Assembly: GCA_964016885.1 (NCBI GenBank)
Contig: CAXHJY010000898.1
Coordinates: 310,001-374,000, forward strand
DNA from: Eledone cirrhosa
Taxonomy: Eukaryota
Direction: 5' to 3'
Length of the DNA: 64,000 nt
Positions 38,501 to 53,300 of the stretch are shown here, one piece after another; position 1 is the stretch's first letter; each line of letters starts with the position of its first letter. Below the pieces are notes generated by a model. It did not search any database. It worked only from the letters and a program-made list of their open reading frames with translations, and was not told the DNA's origin. A program made the position numbers and the translations under genes.

Positions 38501-41500
38501 TAGCTTGGCTTAGCTTAGGATAGCTTAGCTTAGCTTAGCTTAGGATAGCTTAGCTTAGGATAGCTTAGCTTAGCTTAGCTTAGGATAGCTTAGCTTAGCT
38601 TAGCTTAGGATAGCTTAGCTTAGGATAGCTTAGCTTAGCTTAGCTTAGGATAGCTTAGCATAGCTTAGCTTAGGATAGCTTAGCTTAGCTTAGCTTAGGA
38701 TAGCTTAGCTTAGCTTAGCTTAGGATAGCTTAGCTTAGCTTAGCTTAGGATAGCTTAGCTTAGCTTAGCTTAGGATAGCTTAGCTTAGCTTAGCTTAGGA
38801 TAGCTTAGCATAGCTTAGCTTAGGATAGCTTAGCTTAGCTTAGCTTAGGATAGCTTAGCTTAGCTTAGGATAGCTTAGCTTAGCTTGGCTTAGGATAGCT
38901 TAGCTTAGCTTGGCTTAGGATAGCTTAGCTTAGCTCAGCTTAGGATAGCTTAGCTTAGGATAGCTTAGGATAGCTTAGCTTAGCTTAGCTTAGGATAGCT
39001 TAGCTTAGTTTAGGATAGCTTAGCTTAGCTTAGCTTAGGATAGCTTAGGATAGCTTAGCTTAGGATAGCTTAGGATAGCTTAGCTTAGGATAGCTTAGGA
39101 TAGCTTAGCTTAGGATAGCTTAGGATAGCTTAGGTTAGGATAGCTTAGCTTAGGATAGCTTAGGATAGCTTAGCTTAGGATAGCTTAGGATAGCTTAGGA
39201 TAGCTTAGCTTAGGATAGCTTAGCTTAGGATAGCTTAGGAAAGCTTAGCTTAGCTTAGCTTAGGATAGCTTAGCTTAGCTTAGCTTAGGATAGCTTAGCT
39301 TAGCTTAGCTTAGGATAGCTTAGGATAGCTTAGCTTAGGATAGCTTAGGATAGCTTAGCTTAGGATAGCTTAGCTTAGGATAGCTTAGCTTAGGATAGCT
39401 TAGGATAGCTTAGCTTAGGATAGCTTAGGATAGCTTAGCTTAGGATAGCTTAGCTTAGGATAGCTTAGGATAGCTTAGCTTAGCTTAGCTTAGGATAGCT
39501 TAGCTTAGCTTAGGATAGCTTAGGATAGCTTAGCTTAGGATAGCTTAGGATAGCTTAGCTTAGGATAGCTTAGGATAGCTTAGCTTAGGATAGCTTAGGA
39601 TAGCTTAGCTTAGGATAGCTTAGCTTAGGATAGCTTAGCTTAGCTTAGCTTAGGATAGCTTAGCTTAGGATAGCTTAGGATATCTTAGGTTAGGATAGCT
39701 TAGCTTAGGATAGCTTAGGATAGATTAGCTTAGCTTAGCTTAGGATAGCTTAGCTTAGCTTAGCTTAGGATAGCTTAGCTTAGCTTAGGATAGCTTAGCT
39801 TAGCTTAGCTTAGGATAGCTTAGCTTAGCTTAGCTTAGGATAGCTTAGCTTAGCTTAGGATAGCTTAGCTTAGCTTAGCTTAGGATAGCTTAGCTTAGCT
39901 TAGCTTAGGATAGCTTAGCTTAGGATAGCTTAGCTTAGGATAGCTTAGCTTAGGTTAGCTTAGCTTAGCTTAGCTTAGGATAGCTTAGGATAGCTTAGCT
40001 TAGGATAACTTAGCTTAGCTTAGCTTAGGATAGCTTAGCTTAGCTTAGCTTAGGATAGCTTAGCTTAGCTTAGCTTAGGATAGCTTAGCTTAGGATAGCT
40101 TAGGATTGCTTAGCTTAGCTTAGCTTAGGATAGCTTAGCTTAGCTTAGCTTAGGATAGCTTAGCTTAGCTTAGGATAGCTTAGCTTAGCTTAGCTTAGGA
40201 TAGCTTAGCTTAGCTTAGCTTAGGATAGCTTAGCTTAGCTTAGCTTAGGATAGCTAAGGATAGCTTAGGATAGCTTAGCTTAGCTTAGCTTAGGATAGCT
40301 TAGCTTAGCTTAGGATAGCTTAGCTTAGCTTAGCTTAGGATAGCTTAGCTTAGCTTAGGATAGCTTAGCTTAGCTTAGCTTAGGATAGCTTAGCTTAGCT
40401 TAGCTTAGGATAGCTTAGCTTAGCTTAGCTTAGGATAGCTTAGCTTAGCTTAGCTTAGGATAGCTTAGCTTAGCTTAGCTTAGGATAGATTAGCTTAGCT
40501 TAGGATAGCTTAGCTTAGCTTAGCTTAGGAAAGCTTAGCTTAGCTTAGGATAGCTTAGCTTAGCTTAGCTTAGGAGAGCTTAGCTTAGCTTAGCTTAGGA
40601 TAGCTTAGCTTAGCTTAGCTTAGGATAGCTTAGCTTAGCTTAGGTAGCTTAGCTTAGCTTAGCTTAGGATAGCTTAGCTTAGCTTAGCTTAGCTTAGGAT
40701 AGCTTAGCTTAGCTTAGCTTAGGAGAGCTTAGCTTAGCTTAGCTTAGGGTAGCTTAGGATAGCTTAGCTTAGGATAGCTTAGGATAGCTTACCTTAGGAG
40801 AGCTTAGCTTAGGATAGCTTAGCTTAGGATAGCTTAGGATAGCTTAGCTTAGGATAGCTTAGCTTAGGATAGCTTAGCTTAGGATAGCTTAGGATAGCTT
40901 AGCTTAGCTTAGCTTAGGATAGCTTAGCTTAGCTTAGCTTAGGATAGCTTAGCTTAGGTTAGCTTAGCTTAGCTTAGCTTAGCTTAGGATAGCTTAGCTT
41001 AGGATAGCTTAGGATAGCTTAGGATAGCTTAGCTTAGGATAGCTTAGCTTAGGATAGCTTAGGATAGCTTAGCTTAGGATAGCTTAGGATAGCTTAGCTT
41101 AGGATAGCTTAGCTTAGGATAGCTTAGGATAGCTTAGCTTAGCTTAGCTTAGGATAGCTTAGCTTAGCTTAGCTTAGGATAGCTTAGCTTAGCTTAGGAT
41201 TGCTTAGCTTAGCTTAGCTTAGGATAGCTTAGGATAGCTTAGCTTAGGATAGCTTAGCTTAGGATAGCTTAGGATAGCTTAGGATAGCTTAGCTTAGCTT
41301 AGCTTAGGATAGCTTAGCTTAGCTTAGCTTAGGATAGCTTAGCTTAGCTTAGGATAGCTTAGCTTAGCTTAGGATAGCTTAGCTTAGCTTAGCTTAGGAT
41401 AGCTTAGCTTAGCTTAGCTTAGGACAGCTTAGCTTAGCTTAGCTTAGGATAGCTTAGCTTAGCTTAGGATAGCTTAGCTTAGCTTAGCTTAGGATAGCTT

Positions 41501-44360
41501 AGCTTAGGATAGCTTAGCTTAGGATAGCTTAGCATGGGTTAGCTTAGCTTAGCTTAGCTTAGGATAGCTTAGGATAGCTTAGCTTAGGATAGCTTAGCTT
41601 AGCTTAGCTTAGGATAGCTTAGCTTAGCTTAGCTTAGGATAGCTTAGCTTAGCTTAGCTTAGCTTAGGATAGCTTAGCTTAGCTTAGCTTAGGATAGCTT
41701 AGCTTAGCTTAGGATAGTTTAGCTTAGCTTAGCTTAGGATAGCTTAGCTTAGCTTAGCTTAGGATAGCTTAGCTTAGCTTAGGATAGCTTAGCTTAGCTT
41801 AGCTTAGGATAGCTTAGCTTAGCTTAGCTTAGGATAGCTTAGCTTAGCTTAGGATAGCTTAGCTTAGCTTAGGATAGCTTAGCTTAGCTTAGCTTAGGAT
41901 AGCTTAGCTTAGCTTAGCTTAGGATAGCTTAGCTTAGGATAGCTTAGCTTAGCTTAGCTTAGGATAGCTTAGCTTAGCTTAGCTTAGGATAGCTTAGCTT
42001 AGCTTAGCTTAGGATAGCTTAGCTTAGCTTAGCTTAGGATAGCTTAGCTTGGCTTAGCTTAGGATAGCTTAGCTTAGCTTAGCTTAGGATAGCTTAGCTT
42101 AGCTTAGCTTAGGATAGCTTAGCTTAGCTTAGCTTAGGATAGCTTAGCTTAGCTTAGCTTAGGATTGCTTAGCTTAGCTTGGCTTAGGATAGCTTAGCTT
42201 AGCTTGGCTTAGGATAGCTTAGCTTAGCTTAGCTTAGGATAGCTTAGCTTAGCTTAGCTTAGGATAGCTTAGCTTAGCTTAGCTTAGGATAGCTTAGCTT
42301 AGCTTAGGATAGCTTAGCTTAGTTTAGGATAGCTTAGCTTAGCTTAGCTTAGGATAGCTTAGGATAGCTTAGCTTAGGATAGCTTAGGATAGCTTAGCTT
42401 AGGATAGCTTAGGATAGCTTAGGTTAGGATAGCTTAGCTTAGGATAGCTTAGGATAGCTTAGCTTAGGATAGCTTAGGATAGCTTAGCTTATGATAGCTT
42501 AGGATAGCTTAGCTTAGGATAGCTTAGCTTAGGATAGCTTAGGAAAGCTTAGCTTAGCTTAGCTTAGGATAGCTTAGCTTAGCTTAGCTTAGGATAGCTT
42601 AGCTTAGCTTAGCTTAGGATAGCTTAGGATAGCTTAGCTTAGGATAGCTTAGGATAGCTTAGCTTAGGATAGCTTAGCTTAGGATAGCTTAGCTTAGGAT
42701 AGCTTAGCTTAGGATAGCTTAGGATAGCTTAGCTTAGGATAGCTTAGGATAGCTTAGCTTAGGATAGCTTAGCTTAGGATAGCTTAGGATAGCTTAGCTT
42801 AGCTTAGCTTAGGAAAGCTTAGCTTAGCTTAGCTTAGTATAGCTTAGCTTAGCTTAGCTTAGCTTAGGATAGCTTAGCTTAGCTTAGCTTAGGATAGCTT
42901 AGGATAGCTTAGCTTAGGATAGCTTAGGATAGCTTAGCTTAGGATAGCTTAGGATAGCTTAGCTTAGGATAGCTTAGGATAGCTTAGCTTAGGATAGCTT
43001 AGCTTAGGATAGCTTAGCTTAGCTTAGCTTAGGATAGCTTAGCTTAGGATAGCTTAGGATAGCTTAGCTTAGGATAGCTTAGCTTAGGATAGCTTAGGAT
43101 AGCTTAGCTTAGCTTAGCTTAGGATAGCTTAGCTTAGCTTAGCTTAGGATAGCTTAGCTTAGCTTAGGATAGCTTAGCTTAGCTTAGCTTAGGATAGCTT
43201 AGCTTAGCTTAGCTTAGGATAGCTTAGCTTAGCTTAGCTTAGGATAGCTTAGCTTAGCTTAGCTTAGGATAGCTTAGCTTAGCTTAGGATAGCTTAGCTT
43301 AGGATAGCTTAGGATAGCTTAGCTTAGGATAGCTTAGCTTAGGATAGCTTAGCTTAGGTTAGCTTAGCTTAGCTTAGCTTAGGATAGCTTAGGATAGCTT
43401 AGCTTAGGATAGCTTAGCTTAGCTTAGCTTAGGATAGCTTAGCTTAGCTTAGCTTAGGATAGCTTAGCTTAGCTTAGGATAGCTTAGCTTAGGATAGCTT
43501 AGGATAGCTTAGCTTAGCTTAGCTTAGGAAAGCTTAGCTTAGCTTAGCTTAGGATAGCTTAGCTTAGCTTAGGATAGCTTAGCTTAGCTTAGCTTAGGAT
43601 AGCTTAGCTTAGCTTAGCTTAGGATAGCTTAGCTTAGGTTAGCTTAGGATAGCTTAGGATAGCTTAGGATAGCTTAGCTTAGCTTAGCTTAGCTTAGGAT
43701 AGCTTAGCTTAGCTTAGCTTAGGATAGCTTAGCTTAGCTTAGCTTAGGATAGCTTAGCTTAGCTTAGGATAGCTTAGCTTAGCTTAGGATAGCTTAGCTT
43801 AGCTTAGGATAGCTTAGCTTAGCTTAGCTTAGGATAGCTTAGCTTAGCTTAGCTTAGGATAGCTTAGCTTAGCTTAGCTTAGGATAGCTTAGCTTAGCTT
43901 AGCTTAGGATAGCTTAGCTTAGCTTAGCTTAGGATAGATTAGCTTAGCTTAGGATAGCTTAGCTTAGCTTAGCTTAGGAAAGCTTAGCTTAGCTTAGGAT
44001 AGCTTAGCTTAGCTTAGCTTAGGAGAGCTTAGCTTAGCTTAGCTTAGGAAAACTTAGCTTAGCTTAGCTTAGCTTAGGATAGCTTAGCTTAGCTTAGCTT
44101 AGGTAGCTTAGCTTAGCTTAGCTTAGGATAGCTTAGCTTAGCTTAGCTTAGCTTAGCTTAGGATAGCTTAGCTTAGCTTAGCTTAGGAGAGCTTAGCTTA
44201 GCTTAGGATAGCTTAGGATAGCTTAGCTTAGGATAGCTTAGGATAGCTTACCTTAGGAGAGCTTAGCTTAGGATAGCTTAGCTTAGGATAGCTTAGGATA
44301 GCTTAGCTTAGGATAGCTTAGCTTAGGATAGCTTAGCTTAGGATAGCTTAGGATAGCTTA
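32550..44360 (+). repeat. ~5.9-kb tandem duplication (junction near 38,480-38,510)
   Basis: TATCT 33798/39681, TACCT 34907/40790 and 38366/44249, CATGGG 35650/41533, AAACT 38167/44050 all give offset 5883. The upstream CAGCT pair 32988/38936 gives 5948. Confidence 0.88.
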
Positions 44361-47300
44361 GCTTAGCTTAGCTTAGGATAGCTTAGCTTAGCTTAGCTTA
44401 GGATAGCTTAGCTTAGGTTAGCTTAGCTTAGGATAGCTTAGGATAGCTTAGCTTAGGATAGCTTAGGATAGCTTAGCTTAGGATAGCTTAGGATAGCTTA
44501 GCTTAGGAGAGCTTAGCTTAGGATAGCTTAGGATAGCTTAGCTTAGGATAGCTTAGGATAGCTTAGCTTAGGATAGCTTAGGATAGCTTAGCTTAGGATA
44601 GCTTAGCTTAGGATAGCTTAGGATAGCTTAGCTTAGCTTAGCTTAGGATAGCTTAGCTTAGCTTAGCTTAGGATAGCTTAGCTTAGCTTAGCTTAGGATA
44701 GCTTAGCTTAGCTTAGCTTAGGATAGCTTAGGATAGCTTAGCTTAGGATAGCTTAGGATAGCTTAGCTTAGGATAGCTTAGGATAGCTTAGGATAGCTTA
44801 GCTTAGCTTAGCTTAGGATAGCTTAGCTTAGCTTAGCTTAGGATAGCTTAGCTTAGCTTAGCTTAGGATAGCTTAGCTTAGCTTAGGATAGCTTAGCTTA
44901 GCTTAGCTTAGGATAGCTTAGCTTAGCTTAGGATAGCTTAGCTTAGCTTAGCTTAGGATAGCTTAGCTTAGCTTAGGATAGCTTAGCTTAGCTTAGCTTA
45001 GGATAGCTTAGCTTAGCTTAGCTTAGGATAGCTTAGCTTAGGATAGCTTAGCTTAGGATAGCTTAGCTTAGGTTAGCTTAGCTTAGCTTAGCTTAGGATA
45101 GCTTAGGATAGCTTAGCTTAGGATAGCTTAGCTTAGCTTAGCTTAGGATAGCTTAGCTTAGCTTAGCTTAGGATAGCTTAGCTTAGCTTAGCTTAGGATA
45201 GCTTAGCTTAGGATAGCTTAGGATAGCTTAGCTTAGCTTAGCTTAGGATAGCTTAGCTTAGCTTAGCTTAGGATAGCTTAGCTTAGCTTAGGATAGCTTA
45301 GCTTAGCTTAGCTTAGGATAGCTTAGCTTAGCTTAGCTTAGGATAGCTTAGCTTAGCTTAGGATAGCTTAGGATAGCTTAGGATAGCTTAGCTTAGCTTA
45401 GCTTAGGATAGCTTAGCTTAGCTTAGCTTAGGATAGCTTAGCTTAGCTTAGCTTAGGATAGCTTAGCTTAGCTTAGGATAGCTTAGCTTAACTTAGCTTA
45501 GGATAGCTTAGCTTAGCTTAGCTTAGGATAGCTTAGCTTAGCTTAGCTTAGGATAGCTTAGCTTAGCTTAGCTTAGGATAGCTTAGCTTAGCTTAGCTTA
45601 GGAGAGCTTAGCTTAGCTTAGCTTAGGATAGATTAGCTTAGCTTAGGATAGCTTAGCTTAGCTTAGCTTAGGAAAGCTTAGCTTAGCTTAGGATAGCTTA
45701 GCTTAGCTTAGCTTAGGAGAGCTTAGCTTAGCTTAGGATAGCTTAGCTTAGCTTAGCTTAGGATAGCTTAGCTTAGCTTAGCTTAGGTAGCTTAGCTTAG
45801 CTTAGCTTAGGATAGCTTAGCTTAGCTTAGCTTAGCTTAGGATAGCTTAGCTTAGCTTAGCTTAGGATAGCTTAGCTTAGCTTAGCTTAGGATAGCTTAG
45901 GATAGCTTAGCTTAGGATAGCTTAGGATAGCTTACCTTAGGAGAGCTTAGCTTAGGATAGCTTAGCTTAGGATAGCTTAGGATAGCTTAGCTTAGGATAG
46001 CTTAGCTTAGGATAGCTTAGCTTAGGATAGCTTAGGATAGCTTAGCTTAGCTTAGCTTAGGATAGCTTAGCTTAGCTTAGCTTAGGATAGCTTAGCTTAG
46101 GTTAGCTTAGCTTAGCTTAGCTTAGGATAGCTTAGCTTAGGATAGCTTAGGATAGCTTAGCTTAGGATAGCTTAGCTTAGGATAGCTTAGCTTAGCTTTG
46201 CTTAGGATAGCTTAGCTTAGCTTAGCTTAGGATAGCTTAGCTTAGCTTAGCTTAGGATAGCTTAGCTTAGCTTAGCTTAGGATAGCTTAGCTTAGCTTAG
46301 CTTAGGATAGCTTAGCTTAGCTTAGCTTAGGATAGCTTAGCTTAGCTTAGCTTAGGATCGCTTAGCTTAGCTTAGCTTAGGATAGCTTAGCTTAGCTTAG
46401 GATAGCTTAGCTTAGCTTAGCTTAGGATAGCTTAGCTTAGCTTAGGATAGCTTAGGATAGCTTAGCTTAGGAGAGCTTAGCTTAGCTTAGCTTAGGATAG
46501 CTTAGCTTAGCTTAGCTTAGGATAGCTTAGCTTAACTTAGCTTAGGATAGCTTAGCTTAGCTTAACTTAGGATAGCTTAGCTTAGCTTAGCTTAGGATAG
46601 CTTAGCTTAGCTTAGCTTAGGATAGCTTAGCTTAGCTTAGCTTAGGATAGCTTAGGATAGCTTAGCTTAGGATAGCTTAGGATAGCTTACCTTAGGAGAG
46701 CTTAGCTTAGGATAGCTTAGCTTAGGATAGCTTAGGATAGCTTAGCTTAGGATAGCTTAGCTTAGGATAGCTTAGCTTAGGATAGCTTAGGATAGCTTAG
46801 CTTAGCTTAGCTTAGGATAGCTTAGCTTAGCTTAGCTTAGGATAGCTTAGCTTAGCTTAGCTAAGGATAGCTTAGCTTAGCTTAGCTTAGGATAGCTTAG
46901 GATAGCTTAGCTTAGGATAGCTTAGGATAGCTTAGCTTAGGATAGCTTAGGATAGCTTAGCTTAGGATAGCTTAGCTTAGGATAGCTTAGCTTAGGATAG
47001 CTTAGGATAGCTTAGCTTAGGATAGCTTAGGATAGCTTAGCTTAGGATAGCTTAGCTTAGGATAGCTTAGGATAGCTTAGCTTAACTTAGCTTAGGAAAG
47101 CTTAGCTTAGCTTAGCTTAGGATAGCTTAGCTTAGCTTAGCTTAGGATAGCTTAGCTTAGCTTAGCTTAGGATAGCTTAGGATAGCTTAGCTTAGGATAG
47201 CTTAGCTTAGGATAGCTTAGGATTGTTTAGCTTAGGATAGCTTAGCTTAGGATAGCTTAGGATAGCTTAGCTTAGCTTAGCTTAGGATAGCTTAGGATAG

Positions 47301-50300
47301 CTTAGCTTAGGATAGCTTAGGATAGCTTAGCTTAGGATAGATTAGGATAGCTTAGCTTAGGATAGCTTAGGATAGCTTAGCTTAGGATAGCTTAGCTTAG
47401 GATAGCTTAGCTTAGCTTAGCTTAGGATAGCTTAGCTTGGGATAGCTTAGGATAGCTTAGCTTAGGATAGCTTAGGATAGCTTAGCTTAGCTTAGCTTAG
47501 GATAGCTTAGCTTAGCTTAGCTTAGGATAGCTTAGCTTAGCTTAGGATAGCTTAGCTTAGCTTAGCTTAGGATAGCTTAGCTTAGCTTAGCTTAGGATTG
47601 CTTAGCTTAGCTTAGCTTAGGATAGCTTAGCTTAGCTTAGCTTAGGATAGCTTAGCTTAGCTTAGCTTAGGATAGCTTAGCTTAGCTTAGCTTAGAATAG
47701 CTTAGCTTAGGATAGCTTAGCTTAGGATAGCTTAGCTTAGGATAGCTTAGCTTAGGATAGCTTAGGATAGCTTAGCTTAGGATAGCTTAGGATAGCTTAG
47801 CTTAGGATAGCTTAGCTTAGCTTAGCTTAGGATAGCTTAGCTTAGCTTAGGATAGCTTAGCTTAGCTTAGCTTAGGATAGCTTAGCTTAGGATAGCTTAG
47901 GAAAGCTTAGCTTAGCTTAGCTTAGGATAGCTTAGCTTAGCTTAGCTTAGGATAGCTTAGCTTAGCTTAGGATAGCTTAGCTTAGCTTAGCTTAGGATAG
48001 CTTAGCTTAGCTTAGTTTAGGATAGCTTAGCTTAGCTTAGCTTAGGATAGCTTAGCTTGGCTTAGCTTAGGATAGCTTAGCTTAGCTTAGCTTAGGATAG
48101 CTTAGCTTAGGATAGCTTAGCTTAGCTTAGCTTAGGATAGCTTAGCTTAGCTTAGCTTAGGATAGCTTAGCTTAGGATAGCTTAGCTTAGCTTAGCTTAG
48201 GATAGCTTAGCATAGCTTAGCTTAGGATAGCTTAGCTTAGCTTAGCTTAGGATAGCTTAGCTTAGCTTAGCTTAGGATAGCTTAGCTTAGCTTAGCTTAG
48301 GATAGCTTAGCTTAGCTTAGCTTAGGATAGCTTAGCTTAGCTTAGCTTAGGATAGCTTAGCATAGCTTAGCTTAGGATAGCTTAGCTTAGCTTAGCTTAG
48401 GATAGCTTAGCTTAGCTTAGGATAGCTTAGCTTAGCTTGGCTTAGGATAGCTTAGCTTAGCTTGGCTTAGGATAGCTTAGCTTAGCTTAGGATAGCTTAG
48501 CTTAGGATAGCTTAGGATAGCTTAGCTTAGCTTAGCTTAGGATAGCTTAGCTTAGTTTAGGATAGCTTAGCTTAGCTTAGCTTAGGATAGCTTAGGATAG
48601 CTTAGCTTAGGATAGCTTAGGATAGCTTAGCTTAGGATAGCTTAGGATAGCTTAGCTTAGGATAGCTTAGGATAGCTTAGGTTAGGATAGCTTAGCTTAG
48701 GATAGCTTAGGATAGCTTAGCTTAGGATAGCTTAGGATAGCTTAGCTTAGGATAGCTTAGGATAGCTTAGCTTAGGATAGCTTAGCTTAGGATAGCTTAG
48801 GAAAGCTTAGCTTAGCTTAGCTTAGGATAGCTTAGCTTAGCTTAGCTTAGGATAGCTTAGCTTAGCTTAGCTTAGGATAGCTTAGGATAGCTTAGCTTAG
48901 GATAGCTTAGGATAGCTTAGCTTAGGATAGCTTAGCTTAGGATAGCTTAGCTTAGGATAGCTTAGGATAGCTTAGCTTAGGATAGCTTAGGATAGCTTAG
49001 CTTAGGATAGCTTAGCTTAGGATAGCTTAGGATAGCTTAGCTTAGCTTAGCTTAGGATAGCTTAGCTTAGCTTAGGAGAGCTTAGCTTAGCTTAGCTTAG
49101 CTTAGGATAGCTTAGCTTAGCTTAGGATAGCTTAGGATAGCTTAGCTTAGGATAGCTTAGGATAGCTTAGCTTAGGATAGCTTAGGATAGCTTAGCTTAG
49201 GATAGCTTAGGATAGCTTAGCTTAGGATAGCTTAGCTTAGGATAGCTTAGCTTAGCTTAGCTTAGGATAGCTTAGCTTAGGATAGCTTAGGATATCTTAG
49301 GTTAGGATAGCTTAGCTTAGGATAGCTTAGGATAGATTAGCTTAGCTTAGCTTAGGATAGCTTAGCTTAGCTTAGCTTAGGATAGCTTAGCTTAGCTTAG
49401 GATAGCTTAGCTTAGCTTAGCTTAGGATAGCTTAGCTTAGCTTAGCTTAGGATAGCTTAGCTTAGCTTAGGATAGCTTAGCTTAGCTTAGCTTAGGATAG
49501 CTTAGCTTAGCTTAGCTTAGGATAGCTTAGCTTAGGATAGCTTAGCTTAGGATAGCTTAGCTTAGGTTAGCTTAGCTTAGCTTAGCTTAGGATAGCTTAG
49601 GATAGCTTAGCTTAGGATAACTTAGCTTAGCTTAGCTTAGGATAGCTTAGCTTAGCTTAGCTTAGGATAGCTTAGCTTAGCTTAGCTTAGGATAGCTTAG
49701 CTTAGGATAGCTTAGGATTGCTTAGCTTAGCTTAGCTTAGGATAGCTTAGCTTAGCTTAGCTTAGGATAGCTTAGCTTAGCTTAGGATAGCTTAGCTTAG
49801 CTTAGCTTAGGATAGCTTAGCTTAGCTTAGCTTAGGATAGCTTAGCTTAGCTTAGCTTAGGATAGCTTAGGATAGCTTAGGATAGCTTAGCTTAGCTTAG
49901 CTTAGGAGAGCTTAGCTTAGCTTAGGATAGCTTAGCTTAGCTTAGCTTAGGATAGCTTAGCTTAGCTTAGGATAGCTTAGCTTAGCTTAGCTTAGGATAG
50001 CTTAGCTTAGCTTAGCTTAGGAGAGCTTAGCTTAGCTTAGCTTAGGGTAGCTTAGGATAGCTTAGCTTAGGATAGCTTAGGATAGCTTACCTTAGGAGAG
50101 CTTAGCTTAGGATAGCTTAGCTTAGGATAGCTTAGGATAGCTTAGCTTAGGATAGCTTAGCTTAGGATAGCTTAGCTTAGGATAGCTTAGGATAGCTTAG
50201 CTTAGCTTAGCTTAGGATAGCTTAGCTTAGCTTAGCTTAGGATAGCTTAGCTTAGGTTAGCTTAGCTTAGCTTAGCTTAGCTTAGGATAGCTTAGCTTAG

Positions 50301-53300
50301 GATAGCTTAGGATAGCTTAGGATAGCTTAGCTTAGGATAGCTTAGCTTAGGATAGCTTAGGATAGCTTAGCTTAGGATAGCTTAGGATAGCTTAGCTTAG
50401 GATAGCTTAGCTTAGGATAGCTTAGGATAGCTTAGCTTAGCTTAGCTTAGGATAGCTTAGCTTAGCTTAGCTTAGGATAGCTTAGCTTAGCTTAGGATTG
50501 CTTAGCTTAGCTTAGCTTAGGATAGCTTAGGATAGCTTAGCTTAGGATAGCTTAGCTTAGGATAGCTTAGGATAGCTTAGGATAGCTTAGCTTAGCTTAG
50601 CTTAGGATAGCTTAGCTTAGCTTAGCTTAGGATAGCTTAGCTTAGCTTAGGATAGCTTAGCTTAGCTTAGGATAGCTTAGCTTAGCTTAGCTTAGGATAG
50701 CTTAGCTTAGCTTAGCTTAGGACAGCTTAGCTTAGCTTAGCTTAGGATAGCTTAGCTTAGCTTAGGATAGCTTAGCTTAGCTTAGCTTAGGATAGCTTAG
50801 CTTAGGATAGCTTAGCTTAGGATAGCTTAGCATGGGTTAGCTTAGCTTAGCTTAGCTTAGGATAGCTTAGGATAGCTTAGCTTAGGATAGCTTAGCTTAG
50901 CTTAGCTTAGGATAGCTTAGCTTAGCTTAGCTTAGGATAGCTTAGCTTAGCTTAGCTTAGCTTAGGATAGCTTAGCTTAGCTTAGCTTAGGATAGCTTAG
51001 CTTAGCTTAGGATAGTTTAGCTTAGCTTAGCTTAGGATAGCTTAGCTTAGCTTAGCTTAGGATAGCTTAGCTTAGCTTAGGATAGCTTAGCTTAGCTTAG
51101 CTTAGGATAGCTTAGCTTAGCTTAGCTTAGGATAGCTTAGCTTAGCTTAGGATAGCTTAGCTTAGCTTAGGATAGCTTAGCTTAGCTTAGCTTAGGATAG
51201 CTTAGCTTAGCTTAGCTTAGGATAGCTTAGCTTAGGATAGCTTAGCTTAGCTTAGCTTAGGATAGCTTAGCTTAGCTTAGCTTAGGATAGCTTAGCTTAG
51301 CTTAGCTTAGGATAGCTTAGCTTAGCTTAGCTTAGGATAGCTTAGCTTGGCTTAGCTTAGGATAGCTTAGCTTAGCTTAGCTTAGGATAGCTTAGCTTAG
51401 CTTAGCTTAGGATAGCTTAGCTTAGCTTAGCTTAGGATAGCTTAGCTTAGCTTAGGATTGCTTAGCTTAGCTTGGCTTAGGATAGCTTAGCTTAGCTTGG
51501 CTTAGGATAGCTTAGCTTAGCTTAGCTTAGGATAGCTTAGCTTAGCTTAGCTTAGGATAGCTTAGCTTAGCTTAGCTTAGGATAGCTTAGCTTAGCTTAG
51601 GATAGCTTAGCTTAGTTTAGGATAGCTTAGCTTAGCTTAGCTTAGGATAGCTTAGGATAGCTTAGCTTAGGATAGCTTAGGATAGCTTAGCTTAGGATAG
51701 CTTAGGATAGCTTAGGTTAGGATAGCTTAGCTTAGGATAGCTTAGGATAGCTTAGCTTAGGATAGCTTAGGATAGCTTAGCTTATGATAGCTTAGGATAG
51801 CTTAGCTTAGGATAGCTTAGCTTAGGATAGCTTAGGAAAGCTTAGCTTAGCTTAGCTTAGGATAGCTTAGCTTAGCTTAGCTTAGGATAGCTTAGCTTAG
51901 CTTAGCTTAGGATAGCTTAGGATAGCTTAGCTTAGGATAGCTTAGGATAGCTTAGCTTAGGATAGCTTAGCTTAGGATAGCTTAGCTTAGGATAGCTTAG
52001 CTTAGGATAGCTTAGGATAGCTTAGCTTAGGATAGCTTAGGATAGCTTAGCTTAGGATAGCTTAGCTTAGGATAGCTTAGGATAGCTTAGCTTAGCTTAG
52101 CTTAGGAAAGCTTAGCTTAGCTTAGCTTAGTATAGCTTAGCTTAGCTTAGCTTAGCTTAGGATAGCTTAGCTTAGCTTAGCTTAGGATAGCTTAGGATAG
52201 CTTAGCTTAGGATAGCTTAGGATAGCTTAGCTTAGGATAGCTTAGGATAGCTTAGCTTAGGATAGCTTAGGATAGCTTAGCTTAGGATAGCTTAGCTTAG
52301 GATAGCTTAGCTTAGCTTAGGATAGCTTAGCTTAGGATAGCTTAGGATAGCTTAGCTTAGGATAGCTTAGCTTAGGATAGCTTAGGATAGCTTAGCTTAG
52401 CTTAGCTTAGGATAGCTTAGCTTAGCTTAGCTTAGGATAGCTTAGCTTAGCTTAGGATAGCTTAGCTTAGCTTAGCTTAGGATAGCTTAGCTTAGCTTAG
52501 CTTAGGATAGCTTAGCTTAGCTTAGGATAGCTTAGCTTAGCTTAGCTTAGGATAGCTTAGCTTAGCTTAGGATAGCTTAGCTTAGGATAGCTTAGGATAG
52601 CTTAGCTTAGGATAGCTTAGCTTAGGATAGCTTAGCTTAGGTTAGCTTAGCTTAGCTTAGCTTAGGATAGCTTAGGATAGCTTAGCTTAGGATAGCTTAG
52701 CTTAGCTTAGCTTAGGATAGCTTAGCTTAGCTTAGCTTAGGATAGCTTAGCTTAGCTTAGGATAGCTTAGCTTAGGATAGCTTAGGATAGCTTAGCTTAG
52801 CTTAGCTTAGGAAAGCTTAGCTTAGCTTAGCTTAGGATAGCTTAGCTTAGCTTAGGATAGCTTAGCTTAGCTTAGCTTAGGATAGCTTAGCTTAGCTTAG
52901 CTTAGGATAGCTTAGCTTAGGTTAGCTTAGGATAGCTTAGGATAGCTTAGGATAGCTTAGCTTAGCTTAGCTTAGCTTAGGATAGCTTAGCTTAGCTTAG
53001 CTTAGGATAGCTTAGCTTAGCTTAGCTTAGGATAGCTTAGCTTAGCTTAGGATAGCTTAGCTTAGCTTAGGATAGCTTAGCTTAGCTTAGGATAGCTTAG
53101 CTTAGCTTAGCTTAGGATAGCTTAGCTTAGCTTAGCTTAGGATAGCTTAGCTTAGCTTAGCTTAGGATAGCTTAGCTTAGCTTAGCTTAGGATAGCTTAG
53201 CTTAGCTTAGCTTAGGATAGATTAGCTTAGCTTAGGATAGCTTAGCTTAGCTTAGCTTAGGAAAGCTTAGCTTAGCTTAGGATAGCTTAGCTTAGCTTAG